From assembly GCF_965277065.1 (NCBI RefSeq), contig NZ_CBDIBT010000012.1:132-64131 (forward strand): DNA of 64,000 nucleotides, given 5' to 3'. Origin of the DNA: Mycobacterium sp. GTDB taxonomy: Bacteria > Actinomycetota > Actinomycetes > Mycobacteriales > Mycobacteriaceae. Both the position numbers and the translations under genes were made by a program. Position 1 is the stretch's first letter, and every line of letters starts with the position of its first letter. Of this stretch, positions 47,616 through 57,588 are shown in pieces. A model generated the notes under the pieces. The model was not told the DNA's origin. It worked only from the letters and a program-made list of their open reading frames with translations, and did not search any database.

Positions 47616-48932
47616 ATGACTGATCAACAATTCGGCGTAACCCAAGAGGGATTCGTCATCAAAGGGATCGACCGCATCATCGCCGACCAGCAGGCCCGCG
47701 CCCGGATCATGTTCGGCGACGACGTGAACCTGGACCTCAGCTCAGGAAGCGCCCTGCGCAAGGTGATCGACGCCGTCGCTTGGGAAGCACAGGAACTGTG
47801 GCGCAGCTTGGAGGGGCAGTACTACGCGAACTTCGTCACCACAGCCACCGGCCCAAGCCTGGACCTGTTGGGCACCGACCTGGGCATCGCCCGCCGCAAC
47901 CTGCAAGCCGCCGGCAAGGTGACGCTCACCTTATCGAACAACCCACCCGGACGCAGTTACGTCCTGCCGGAGGGCGCGGTGATCCGTGTGGTGGCCGGTA
48001 CGCCCGTCCTGTTCCGCACCACCGACCCGGTCACCATGGGTGCCCATACCGTGGCCACGGTGGGTGTGCAAGCAGTGCAGCGGGGCCCAGGGTCGAACCT
48101 GGCCGCTAATCATTCGCTCGAACTGGACCCCGCTTGGGCCACCCTCCACCTGAATCTGGGCGCGGCCACCATCAAGGCCGCGAACATTCAGGCGATCAGC
48201 GGCGGCGAACTCCTGGAGGCCGACTCCGACTTTCGGGCTCGCCTGATCGGACTGCCCCGCGCGTTGTGGACCCAGGATGCTCTCCTGGCCGCGATCCTCG
48301 ACCTGGACGGGGTGCGTGACGCCACCATCTTTGACCCACTGGGCGGAGTGGACGTCTCCCAGAGCTACTTCAATATGTTCCTGTTCGGGCAGCGCGCATT
48401 CGCGCTGGAGCGCCAGGTCGGTTCCCCGTACTACTTCGACGTGGTGGTCGCGGTCGAACCAGGATGGCCCTGGCTCACCAGCGCGGGCAGCATCGCCGGG
48501 GTTTACGACGGCGTGCTGGATGTGGTCAAACAGTGGCGGCCAGTGTCCATTTTCCCCAACATCGTCGAAGCCAACCAGGTCGACGTCGGCCTGCGGGCCA
48601 CATTGGTGGTGCAGCCCGGTCACGACCCGGACGCAATCAAGGGCCAGATGATTGACTCCCTGCACACCCGCGTCAACAACCTACAGTTGGGTCGGCAAGT
48701 CCGGTACTCCGACGCCATGCTGCTGGCCCGGAGTGCGTCGGGGGTGGTCGACGTGCAGAACCTGCACCTGCGGCGCTGCCCGCCAGCCTTCGGAGGAATC
48801 AACTTCTCCGGGGGGTTCTTCGACCAATCAGTCGAGTTAGCCGTTGGCGAGAACCTGACGTTGGGTCCCGACGAGATCGCCATCTTCACCGTCGACTCGA
48901 CCCTCAGTGACATCCAAGTGGTGAACCAATGA
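47616..48932 (+). CDS. baseplate J / gp6-like protein
   Basis: 438 aa. ..SGSALRKVIDAVAWEAQELWRSLEGQYYANFVTTATGPSLDLLGTDLGIARR.. is the characteristic Baseplate_J N-terminal region. Confidence 0.7.
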   Translation: MTDQQFGVTQEGFVIKGIDRIIADQQARARIMFGDDVNLDLSSGSALRKVIDAVAWEAQELWRSLEGQYYANFVTTATGPSLDLLGTDLGIARRNLQAAGKVTLTLSNNPPGRSYVLPEGAVIRVVAGTPVLFRTTDPVTMGAHTVATVGVQAVQRGPGSNLAANHSLELDPAWATLHLNLGAATIKAANIQAISGGELLEADSDFRARLIGLPRALWTQDALLAAILDLDGVRDATIFDPLGGVDVSQSYFNMFLFGQRAFALERQVGSPYYFDVVVAVEPGWPWLTSAGSIAGVYDGVLDVVKQWRPVSIFPNIVEANQVDVGLRATLVVQPGHDPDAIKGQMIDSLHTRVNNLQLGRQVRYSDAMLLARSASGVVDVQNLHLRRCPPAFGGINFSGGFFDQSVELAVGENLTLGPDEIAIFTVDSTLSDIQVVNQ

Positions 48933-51900
48933 GGGCGGTGGAATTCCTGGATGTCATGAGTCGGGGCCTGACCCCGGTTTACAACCGGGGCATGGAGCGA
49001 CTGGAACTCGGCTTTGGCGATAAGGCCGGTGACGGCAGTACCTCCGTCGCTGCGTACGACTTTCAGGCCTACGCCGACCTTTACGGCGGTCTACTGCCAG
49101 ACTCGCCTCGGTACCTGCTGACACCCGGTTTCACCACGGCGGATCCGCTCACAGTCCGGGTTTGGTTCAAGTCCGGCCCTAACGCGGCCGAGGCGCCAGC
49201 GGATGTCGCGATCCCGGCTGGGTGGTCGGCTGGCCGCGGCGTCGCCATCCCGATCCCCGGGCCCGCGTCCGGGATCACCAGCCAGCTACGCCTGACCCGC
49301 TTTCAGCCCCAACTCCCCGCCTCGCCCAACGCCGCCGACTGGGGCATCACCGTCCTGCTCGGTAATCTGGCCAAGCTGCTGTGGGTGGTGGGCTGGGAAT
49401 ACGAAGAACTGGCCGCCCAGATGGTCGACGTCGCCGCCCAGCGCAACGCCGCCGCCGCCCATGGGTTCAGTCTCGACCTGCTTGGTCGAGATCTGGGCGT
49501 TCCCCGCTTTCCGCCCACGCCTTACACGTGGGACCCCGACACCGTGGCCCTTTACCACTTCGATGACTTGCCGCCAACGCCCCAGTCGCCAGTACCCATG
49601 TTGTCCGACGAACGCAGCCGCTACCAGCCGACCGGCGGCCATCCCGGTCAGCTGGTGGTGGGCGGGGTCAGCGCCGAACCGGGGCACAGCGCTCAGCCCG
49701 GGCGGTTCAGCCAGGCCTTCCGGTTTGAAGTTCCGCAAAGCTACGTGCTCATCAAGGACCACACCGATTTCGCTCTTCCCGCGGGCTCCTCTTTCACGGT
49801 GGAGGCGATTATCAAGCCCGACCGGGCGGTTACCGCCACCGGCGCGGTAATCGCGAAGCGAGTGACGCTCAATACCGTCGGCGACCCCGGCTGGGCGCTG
49901 ACCATCGGCTCGTTCCGGGGCTTCGACCGCAACCTGCGCTTGTCCCTGTCCGACGGCGCCCAGGAGGTCGACCTCGAGTTGTTCTGCGACGCCGACCTCG
50001 GAGACGGGATCTTCCACCACGTGGCCGGGGTCGTTGAGCGCCGGGCCGGACCGCCCGCCGTCACGCTGGCACGGCTATACCTGGACGGGGTGGAAGTGGC
50101 TCGCCAGACGCTGGACACCCTGGGCGCGCTGAGCAATTCCGAGCCGATCCGCATCGGCTACGGGCTCGAGCTGGCGACTGCGGCGCCCACCGACGCCCAA
50201 TTCGTCGGGCTGGTCGATGAGGTGCGCATCTCTGCGGTGGCGCGGGACACCTTCAACCCGGTGGTCGGTGAGGGTGACGACCGGTACCGGCGCCGCCTGC
50301 GGGTCTTTCAGCGCTGGGTGCTGCCGACGCCCGACGCAATCCAGGCGGCGATCAACGAGTTGGCGGGTCCGGTCGCCAACGACCCCCATCCGTTTATCGT
50401 GGATGAGACTGTGCAGCCGACGGTGATAGGGACGCTGCCGCTGCGGGTGCTTCCGGCACGCCTGCAGCCAGGACAGGGCGTCAGCTCCGACGGTGACTTG
50501 CGCAGCACCGAGGCCCAGGCGGTGGGCAGCGCGGCCGACGACGACTTCGACCCTGCCTGGCTGCGCCGCCACCCTGACCAAGCCCATCTCAGCTTCAACG
50601 GCACCGACAGCAACCGGATGATGCAGCGAGTCGTCAGCCAGGCCCTCGACGCGCTGCTCGACCGAATAGCTGGCGTGTCGGGCACGCTCACCGTTCTCGG
50701 CGCCTACGACCCGTCCGCCACCGACCTGCGACGGGTTGGCCGGGCTCTACTACTTATCCACGACCACATCAGCCCCGGCGACCTGGCTGTCCACGCCCAC
50801 GCGGCCGGGTTCGGCTGGGCCCGCAACCTAGGCACCGGCCAGGCGCGGGTGGCCCAACCCGTGGGCGAGGTGTTCAGCATCACTCCGCTGCCGACCGGCC
50901 AGGATCCCCAGCCGCCCGATGTGGTCGAGGGAAACGACCTGAATCTTGGCGTCGACCCCGACATCCTTTCGCCAGGCTCGTCCAGGGTCGCCGACGCGCA
51001 GGGGAGCTGGTCACTGGTCCGCTGTGGATTCGGGGACGCCACATTGGCGGTCAGCCCCCGGCCCAAGCTGCACGCGCTGGCGGCCGGCAACGTCTCGGTG
51101 CATCTGGAGGTGATCCGTAAACAACACACCGCCGGAGGCAGCAGGCGGATCAGAATAGGGCTGGCCGACACCAGTCTGGCCGCTGGCCAGACGATCGGCG
51201 GCGACGGTCGCAGAAACGTCACTGAGGCCGACGCGGCAGGGGCGCCCAGCCCCGACTTCGACGAGCTGTACCTGCAGACAACGTCGTTCGACAACCTCTC
51301 CACCGCAGTCAGTTACGGGGCGGCACCGGGTAACCGGCGCATGCAGCGGGGTGCCGCCGACGCGCTGAGTCGGCTCATCAAGCTGTTGTCTGCCACTCCA
51401 GGGACCCTCTCGGTGGTCAAGGCTTACGATCCCGCGGGCATCGGCCTTATTAAACAGGGCCGGGCGCTTTGGCTGAGCCATTCGAGTCTTTCCGCCTCCG
51501 CCCTGGCAGCGCGGGCCTTCGCGGCGGGATTCGACTATCTGCGCATCGAGCCTGGCCCGCCCCAGATCGTGCAAGCGGCGGTGGCCGCGGGAGAGCTGAT
51601 TGGCGTGCACGGAGTGCGCGAGGTCCAGGTGGGGACGTCTATTCCCATAGCGGTCGAGCCGCAAGCCGCACCTATTGGAGTCTGCTTCTCGTCCGATGGC
51701 GCTCGGGCCTACGTCGCCGAGCAGAGCAGCAGCCGGATTAGCTCCTTCACGCTCACCGCCAGCCCGGCCAACGCCTTTCCCCAGATCGTCGCCGACTCTT
51801 CGGCGGCGGTCCTGCCGGATCCAGTGGCGATCGCCGTCGCCGGCGGCCACCTGTACGTCGTTCATCGTGAGCTGGGGGTGATCGCGGTGCTTGACCCCAC

Positions 51901-53071
51901 CACCTTGGCTACAGCCACGTCCTTCGCCGCGGGAGCGCGTCCGATCACGCTCGCTGCCGACGGCGATCGCCTCTTCGTCGGCTGCGCCGGGACCACGGTT
52001 CCGACGTCGATAACGTTGGGCGCCTACGACACGCAGAGCAACGGCCAGGTGGGCAGCCTTGTCTTGCCCGCCATCCCGACCTGCATCGCCCCGATTCCCG
52101 GCGGCACCGCGCTCTACGTGGCCACCGTCGACAACCGGATCTGCCAGGTCAACCGGGCCAACCTCACGCTGACCGGGGCGCCTTTCGCCACGGGGGCGAA
52201 ACCGAGCAGCGCAGTGGTCACACCGGACGGCAAAAAACTCTACGTGGCCTGTGCCGCCGATGACCCTGGCAACCAAAGCGGCACGATCCGGGCATACACG
52301 ACCGGCAATAACACCCAGGTGGCAGTGATAACCGGCTTCCCCAGGCAGACCCAGCCGGTCCGGCTGACCGTGGCGGCCGATCAGAAGTACCTGTATGTGG
52401 CGACTGTCGGTCAAACGGCCGACCAGACGGGGCGTGTGCACGTGGTCGACCTGGCCACCGACACATTGAAGCCTCAGATCTTCAACCCGGGCGGCACCTC
52501 AAGCGCGCTGGCGGTGAGCCCGTCGTCGGCCCCGTATCAGACCTGCCTGTTGGCGGCCTCCGCGGACGCCGGGACGATTACCCTTGGCGACCCCGACCCC
52601 TTGGCCGGCGTGCCGCCGCGGCCTCCGCGAGTGGCATACTCGCTTGTTCTCGGCGCCGGCGGCGGGGAACAGTTGTCCTGGTCCACCGTTCCGCTCAGCC
52701 GGGGCCGGGTTGAACTGGCTTCCCTTGTCCGACCCCACACCCGCGTCCGCGGTTTGGCGCCGGGCGCGGCACTGATCCGGGCCAGTTATCTGCGGGGTGA
52801 CGGGAACCTGCCCTACCAATTCGCGGTGCGCCTAAACCCGAGTCTGGAAGGCCAGGCCCGCGTGACCATCCGGAAAGACCAGTACGACCTAGTGATGAAC
52901 GTCCTCAATTGGTTTCACCCAATCGGGGTGGAGGTGAGAACGGACCGTCTAAGGACCCATGTGGTCGAGCTGGCGGAGCTCGGCGACCTCTTTCCCGGTT
53001 ACACCTTCCCCGTTTTCCGCAACCCCGGCGTACTTCAGCCGGGCCCACCGATCCGACCTCGTGAGGACTGA
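48929..53071 (+). CDS. giant baseplate protein: gpI/gp7-like N-terminus fused to a LamG-like lectin domain and a YVTN-type beta-propeller
   Basis: ATGA overlap with the J-like gene. N-terminal ..LAKLLWVVGWEYEELAAQ..AAAHGFSLDLLGRDLGVPRF (P2 gpI-like). LamG-type block ..FTVEAIIKPD..GWALTIG..FHHVAGVVE..LYLDGVEVA..VDEVRISAVAR. At least 6 repeats of ..DG..(L)YVA...... in the C-terminal third (SSDGARAYVAEQ, GGHLYVVHRE, DGDRLFVGCAG, GGTALYVATVD, DGKKLYVACAA, DQKYLYVATVG). Confidence 0.7.
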   Translation: MRAVEFLDVMSRGLTPVYNRGMERLELGFGDKAGDGSTSVAAYDFQAYADLYGGLLPDSPRYLLTPGFTTADPLTVRVWFKSGPNAAEAPADVAIPAGWSAGRGVAIPIPGPASGITSQLRLTRFQPQLPASPNAADWGITVLLGNLAKLLWVVGWEYEELAAQMVDVAAQRNAAAAHGFSLDLLGRDLGVPRFPPTPYTWDPDTVALYHFDDLPPTPQSPVPMLSDERSRYQPTGGHPGQLVVGGVSAEPGHSAQPGRFSQAFRFEVPQSYVLIKDHTDFALPAGSSFTVEAIIKPDRAVTATGAVIAKRVTLNTVGDPGWALTIGSFRGFDRNLRLSLSDGAQEVDLELFCDADLGDGIFHHVAGVVERRAGPPAVTLARLYLDGVEVARQTLDTLGALSNSEPIRIGYGLELATAAPTDAQFVGLVDEVRISAVARDTFNPVVGEGDDRYRRRLRVFQRWVLPTPDAIQAAINELAGPVANDPHPFIVDETVQPTVIGTLPLRVLPARLQPGQGVSSDGDLRSTEAQAVGSAADDDFDPAWLRRHPDQAHLSFNGTDSNRMMQRVVSQALDALLDRIAGVSGTLTVLGAYDPSATDLRRVGRALLLIHDHISPGDLAVHAHAAGFGWARNLGTGQARVAQPVGEVFSITPLPTGQDPQPPDVVEGNDLNLGVDPDILSPGSSRVADAQGSWSLVRCGFGDATLAVSPRPKLHALAAGNVSVHLEVIRKQHTAGGSRRIRIGLADTSLAAGQTIGGDGRRNVTEADAAGAPSPDFDELYLQTTSFDNLSTAVSYGAAPGNRRMQRGAADALSRLIKLLSATPGTLSVVKAYDPAGIGLIKQGRALWLSHSSLSASALAARAFAAGFDYLRIEPGPPQIVQAAVAAGELIGVHGVREVQVGTSIPIAVEPQAAPIGVCFSSDGARAYVAEQSSSRISSFTLTASPANAFPQIVADSSAAVLPDPVAIAVAGGHLYVVHRELGVIAVLDPTTLATATSFAAGARPITLAADGDRLFVGCAGTTVPTSITLGAYDTQSNGQVGSLVLPAIPTCIAPIPGGTALYVATVDNRICQVNRANLTLTGAPFATGAKPSSAVVTPDGKKLYVACAADDPGNQSGTIRAYTTGNNTQVAVITGFPRQTQPVRLTVAADQKYLYVATVGQTADQTGRVHVVDLATDTLKPQIFNPGGTSSALAVSPSSAPYQTCLLAASADAGTITLGDPDPLAGVPPRPPRVAYSLVLGAGGGEQLSWSTVPLSRGRVELASLVRPHTRVRGLAPGAALIRASYLRGDGNLPYQFAVRLNPSLEGQARVTIRKDQYDLVMNVLNWFHPIGVEVRTDRLRTHVVELAELGDLFPGYTFPVFRNPGVLQPGPPIRPRED

Positions 53072-53074
53072 ATC

Positions 53075-53704
53075 ATGACCATCTCCTACACGCGAACCTT
53101 CGCCCACACCGACTGGGTCGACAACGTCGACCGGGTTCAAGCGGGCGGCGACAACGGCTTCAACGGACGCTTTCATAGCGTGGAGGCCGAATTCGACGTC
53201 GTCTCAGGCGTTTTCAATCAAGTCGGCACTCAGCTCGGGACGCTGGAGCAGCAAGTTTCAGCGCTCGGCACAGGAATCGCACGGACGGTCAGCATCGCGC
53301 CGGTGCTCGCCGCGGCGGGCCCGACGGGCTGGGATACCTCGAGCCCCGGCGTTGCTCGCAAGCCGTCGACCGCCACCAGCGCTCACGGCGCCGTGGCCGT
53401 GGCGCTGCCAGCGGGTGCCCAGATCACGGCGTTTCGGGCTCTCGGTAACAATGCGGGAACGGGTTCGATCCTCCTCGACTTGATGGGTCAGGGCCTCGAC
53501 GGCCAGGGTCAGGCACCCGTCGTGCGCATCACTATCAACGCCCAGCAGGCCCCATTCGACATCACGAAGAATCCCGTCGGCGGCTCCGGTCGCGATTTCA
53601 TCGACCCCGATTCGTCCTACTTCATCCTCGCGCGCCTAGATAATGCCGGGGCCGCCGACAACGTCTTCCTCACCGGCTTCCAGGTGCTCTACCAAGCCCG
53701 GTGA
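53075..53704 (+). CDS. tail-fibre-like protein (candidate)
   Basis: 209 aa. N-terminal ..FAHTDWVDNVDRVQAGGDNGFNGRFHSVEAEFDVVSGVFNQVGTQLGTLEQQVSAL (coiled-coil-like), followed by a beta-rich C-terminus. Its position after the wedge genes fits. Confidence 0.45.
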   Translation: MTISYTRTFAHTDWVDNVDRVQAGGDNGFNGRFHSVEAEFDVVSGVFNQVGTQLGTLEQQVSALGTGIARTVSIAPVLAAAGPTGWDTSSPGVARKPSTATSAHGAVAVALPAGAQITAFRALGNNAGTGSILLDLMGQGLDGQGQAPVVRITINAQQAPFDITKNPVGGSGRDFIDPDSSYFILARLDNAGAADNVFLTGFQVLYQAR

Positions 53705-53738
53705 GGCATCCACCGCTCATGAGTGAGGAGAAGAAATA

Positions 53739-54761
53739 ATGACCTGCAATAACCCTTCCGGAGAGACGCCGGGCATTTTAGTTGCTTGGCAAGACCAACC
53801 CGCTGATAACGGTGTCCGGCCGCTACCGGCAGCCGACGCGTATTGGACCAGCCCCAACGTCCGCCTCGCCGCGCCAAATGATGTGGCCGGTCTGATGAAC
53901 CCCGCGAACGCCAGCTGGGACATCCCGTGGGACGGCCACGTGGACGTGGGCACTGGATACACGCTATTGGTCAGGGTCCGCAATACCGACTCGAGTGTTC
54001 GGGCCGCGCCGTTGCACCTCGATGGGTGGGTGTCGGACTATACGGCGGGCGGCGTCGGCCCGGGATCGGCGATCCTGGATTCCAGTCACAACCCCGTCCA
54101 GTTCAGCGGGGCTGACGACGCCACCGACCTGCAGCCCGGGAACGTGCTGGTGCTGACGGGTGCACCGATGTGGACGCCGACCGTCTCCCAGACCAACATC
54201 AACGGCGGCCATGTCTGTGTGGCGGTCAACGTCTACAACGACCCAACCGCCAACGCCCCGGCCGATGGTGGACCTGTGGTTTCTGGCTTTCTCGATCCCA
54301 CCTGCGACCGAAGGTACGGGCAGCGCAACGTCCAGATCGTCACGGTCGGGGCCGGACAGCAGATCCGATTTCCCTTCATGGTGGCCGCGACCCGAGAGCG
54401 CCCGCTGGACGCGCGCGTCGAGGTCCTGCGTGCCGAACTACGGGAGGGTGCGGATGGTGCGCTTCAGCGTGTGCCGGTACTCGAACAGGCTGCCCGCATT
54501 CATGCGCTCACCGAACTCCGACGGCCCGACGGCGACCCGCTCGCTCATCTGGATATCGTCCATGAACGCGAAGGTCGTGGGAACCACACAAGTGTCCACG
54601 TGGAGCCGGGCGCGCGTGCACACCTGTACGTGACGCTGGAGGCGAAGGGCCAAAAGCCCGGCGAGGCTTACGCGTTCGACATCGTGACCACGGACATCAA
54701 GGCCAACGTCCGGTATGGCGCGGCGCGGGTGTACGTGCTGGTCACCGGTAAACCGCGATAG
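53739..54761 (+). CDS. beta-rich hypothetical protein, last gene of the cluster
   Basis: 340 aa (..AYWTSPNVRLAAPND..GYTLLVRVRNTD..HVCVAVNVYNDP..). No motif recognised. It is followed by ~1.2 kb without a convincing ORF. Confidence 0.5.
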   Translation: MTCNNPSGETPGILVAWQDQPADNGVRPLPAADAYWTSPNVRLAAPNDVAGLMNPANASWDIPWDGHVDVGTGYTLLVRVRNTDSSVRAAPLHLDGWVSDYTAGGVGPGSAILDSSHNPVQFSGADDATDLQPGNVLVLTGAPMWTPTVSQTNINGGHVCVAVNVYNDPTANAPADGGPVVSGFLDPTCDRRYGQRNVQIVTVGAGQQIRFPFMVAATRERPLDARVEVLRAELREGADGALQRVPVLEQAARIHALTELRRPDGDPLAHLDIVHEREGRGNHTSVHVEPGARAHLYVTLEAKGQKPGEAYAFDIVTTDIKANVRYGAARVYVLVTGKPR

Positions 54762-55995
54762 CCTGTCGCATCGCGCGCGGCGCGCCTCTGACGGACGGAC
54801 CGGCCATCTGCCGCACTGCCGCGTTTGGCGAGGATGTCGCGCTGGCAACAGGTAGTCGACGGCCTGAACTGTCCGCATCGCCGAGGCGCAGGCCCATCGG
54901 CTCGCCCGGGAGACCTTCCACCGCAACTCCTGCCTGGCCAGGTCACGGCAGCCCTCGGCGAGATGGTCGGCTCGCGGAGGCCGACGTAGGGTGGTCCGTG
55001 GGCGACGACGGCCTCACCGATACATGGATGCGCTTACCGGGCGCTTGGGCTCTGGGAACGACCGACCACCGGGTGCCGGACAGACCGCTCGGTCGGCGAG
55101 ATCAGTCGTGCGGAAGCCGCGACCACTTCGGAGTCCGGCTTTCAACCCAAATACGGGCAATCGTTGAATATATCGCGGTATGCGTTCATCATCGCCAGAG
55201 CCATCCTTCTCGGGCTGGTTGCCAACGGTGTTGCGGTTCCCGACAGTTAGTGCCGTGGTCCAATCCCCGATAATCTCCACGGGCGATCACCCCGGCAAGT
55301 AGTTCTGATCAGGGGGGGCTGGCTTAAACTGTTGTCCGCCAATTAGAGCTGCGCCGGATTCTGGACCCCGGCACCCGGTCCGCTGATTGGCGGAGCTCGT
55401 GCCCAAACTCTTCCTTGGCGCATACTGCTCTAACCTGGGTGTGCGCGATTCGCTGAACTTCTTGCAGGCAATCCAGATATACCGGCAAACATTGGGACGA
55501 GTGAGAGTGGCCTCAGTTCGTCCTCTGACCAGATCACTCACCCGTCAAATCTGGTTGGACAAGTCACTCCCTAACGACGCCTACGATCGCTCGCAAACAG
55601 TCGCTTGAAAACATAAGAAGGGTAATTGGATGGACTGCTCGCTGACGACAGTATCTCGTCTTGGTGTACGGCAATTTCAGGCCGTACTTGCATGTGATCG
55701 AGGGCGACCCTGCCAGCGTGGTTGCGCCTGTACTGGCGAACGTGTACGCAAGCTATGACTCCGCAGGGCGACAGAGACCTAACTTGAAATCCAGTTCACT
55801 GCACTAGACACCGCATTCTCCTCCGCTGAGGACCCACGTGTCCGATTCATTTTGCGAAGGCCACTACGATCCAGCAGGCTTTGGTGATGTTCGCTCGCAG
55901 TCGTCGTCGAGATTTGTACAAAATTCGGCTGCCAACACACTTCAAACGCCGACCATGCGCGCTACCGATGCCTCTGTGTTGGCGATCCGATCAAT

Positions 55996-56301
55996 TCAGA
56001 GCTGGCCAACACAATCGGCAAAAGATTTCATGAGCAACGCCCATGAGGCGCCGCCGAGAAACGCGATCAACGCACCCGCAGTTGTAGCGTTGAGGGCTTT
56101 AGTCAAAATGACGCCCAGAGTGGTCGTTGCGAAAGGTGCAAGTACCGTCACCAGCCCCCTCGAGTTGGCGTCCAAGTTATTCCACCAGTTGACTACCGCC
56201 TGTATTCCGTCGGCACCCAACTTCTTGAGGTCGTCAATGATTGCGTCGACCGTCGTTCCAATCTTGTTGGCGAAACAGTTGCCAAAGTCATCGACTGACA
56301 C
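55996..56301 (-). CDS. small membrane protein (hypothetical)
   Basis: 101 aa. GGAG, then a GTG start 8 nt after the upstream stop. The C-terminal half is hydrophobic (LVTVLAPFATTTLGVIL.. AGALIAFLGGASWALLM). AT-richer codon usage than the rest of the window. Confidence 0.45.
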   Translation of the reverse strand: MSVDDFGNCFANKIGTTVDAIIDDLKKLGADGIQAVVNWWNNLDANSRGLVTVLAPFATTTLGVILTKALNATTAGALIAFLGGASWALLMKSFADCVGQL

Positions 56302-56309
56302 CGGTACTC

Positions 56310-56639
56310 CTACACTTGGCCTTGAGCAGCGCTAAAGGCTTCCTGGGCGATGGACAGCCTCTCGGAAAATGTTTTGCCGGAAGTGGCGTCGAATGCCTCG
56401 AAAAGGCCACCGAGGTCCGGGGTGACGTTCAGCTCAGGTGAAGCCAACACCGAGCACACGGGCTCCTGCGCCGACCCTTCATCAAACCCTTCCCGGACGG
56501 CGGCATCCAAGCTGAAGAACCAGTCATTGGCCTTCTGCAGCTCCGTACCGACGGTGCCAGAATCCGACGGTAAAGCGCTTGCGGCAGTCTGGATTCCGCG
56601 CTGGGTCAGCTGTGCTGCAAAGTCATCGGCGAATGCCAT
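56310..56639 (-). CDS. small soluble acidic protein (hypothetical), upstream partner of the membrane protein
   Basis: 109 aa (MAFADDFAAQLTQRGIQTAASALPSD..). Tandem with 55996..56301. No motif recognised. Confidence 0.45.
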   Translation of the reverse strand: MAFADDFAAQLTQRGIQTAASALPSDSGTVGTELQKANDWFFSLDAAVREGFDEGSAQEPVCSVLASPELNVTPDLGGLFEAFDATSGKTFSERLSIAQEAFSAAQGQV

Positions 56640-57588
56640 ATCTCTCCCTGCAGGCGGTAGCGAAAAACTCGGACATAGGAGTTGACGCTAGCAGGCAGAC
56701 GAATACAGCGCGGCGTTTCCCCGGTATCGCATTTTTCCGATGTCCGTTCGCTCGAAATCAACCTGGCGGAGCTCGTTGTAAACGATCAATTAGCGTCGCG
56801 TTCACCTCGCGCACTGCTGAGCTCATACTTCAGGGCCGTTGTTGTGGCGCAAACAACGGCTAAGCAACAAAAATCATGTGGTGACTATCGCACCTGCGTT
56901 GGCTCAGGCCGCATGCGCGGCTGCCCAAGCCGCCAAAGGCGATGGTCTTTATGGCCACGTGGCCCTCCCGACGCCATTGGGTGAGCACGCCGGCAGACCA
57001 CATGAATAATGGCCAGGCTCTCATTTTCACCTGCTGAGGCGGCCGCTGGCAAGGCTAAGCGAGTCGACTGGTGTTGATTATTCATGCGCGGCCGGCCACC
57101 GAAGCCATAAGCGCATAGTGACAGCCACACGCACCCCTACCTAGAAGTATTCATCGCGGCGGGGGAGCCAGATCATGGTGCTCAAGCAGGCTCGCCTCCG
57201 TCAAGACCAGTAGCGAGGCGGCGATGTATGGAAGGTGATCAGCGGAGGGCAGGCCAGCGGCGTTTGGACTGATTCGGCAGCAAAAAGGCTGCTCATCTGG
57301 CTTCTGTGTCGAAGAAGCGCTGTCATGAAATTATCCGAGGACTTAGCCGCGATGGCCGAATTCATCGTTAACTCGCTTCCCCATACCGCAGCGAGATACG
57401 GTAACGAAGTAGCGGGTGATAAGCCCAGTTCAATTTGATAGTGGGAGACTCCCTCATGCAACTAAGGGTTTTCATGTCACGGTCCACACTTCGTTGTTGG
57501 GGTTAATCTCGTGGGCGGACGCGCAACGCGAGGACAATTCGCTGGCCAGCGCCTTACTAAGCCGGATCACCCTCTACGATGAAACTCA

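Noticed and set aside
35257-54761. Interpretation of the tail-like cluster as a prophage or as a type VI secretion system
   Set aside because: No capsid, portal, terminase, lysis or integrase genes flank it within ~20 kb on either side. No TssB/C pair, ClpV-type ATPase or membrane-complex (TssJLM-like) genes are visible. The gp25/J/I + spike + sheath/tube content fits a free-standing CIS/tailocin-type element better. Genes outside the window cannot be excluded.
56990-57095. Inverted 10-nt repeat CATGAATAAT / ATTATTCATG ~70 nt apart, considered as a MITE/IS end or structured RNA
   Set aside because: The repeat is short, the flanks do not extend the pairing, and there is no target-site duplication or transposase nearby.
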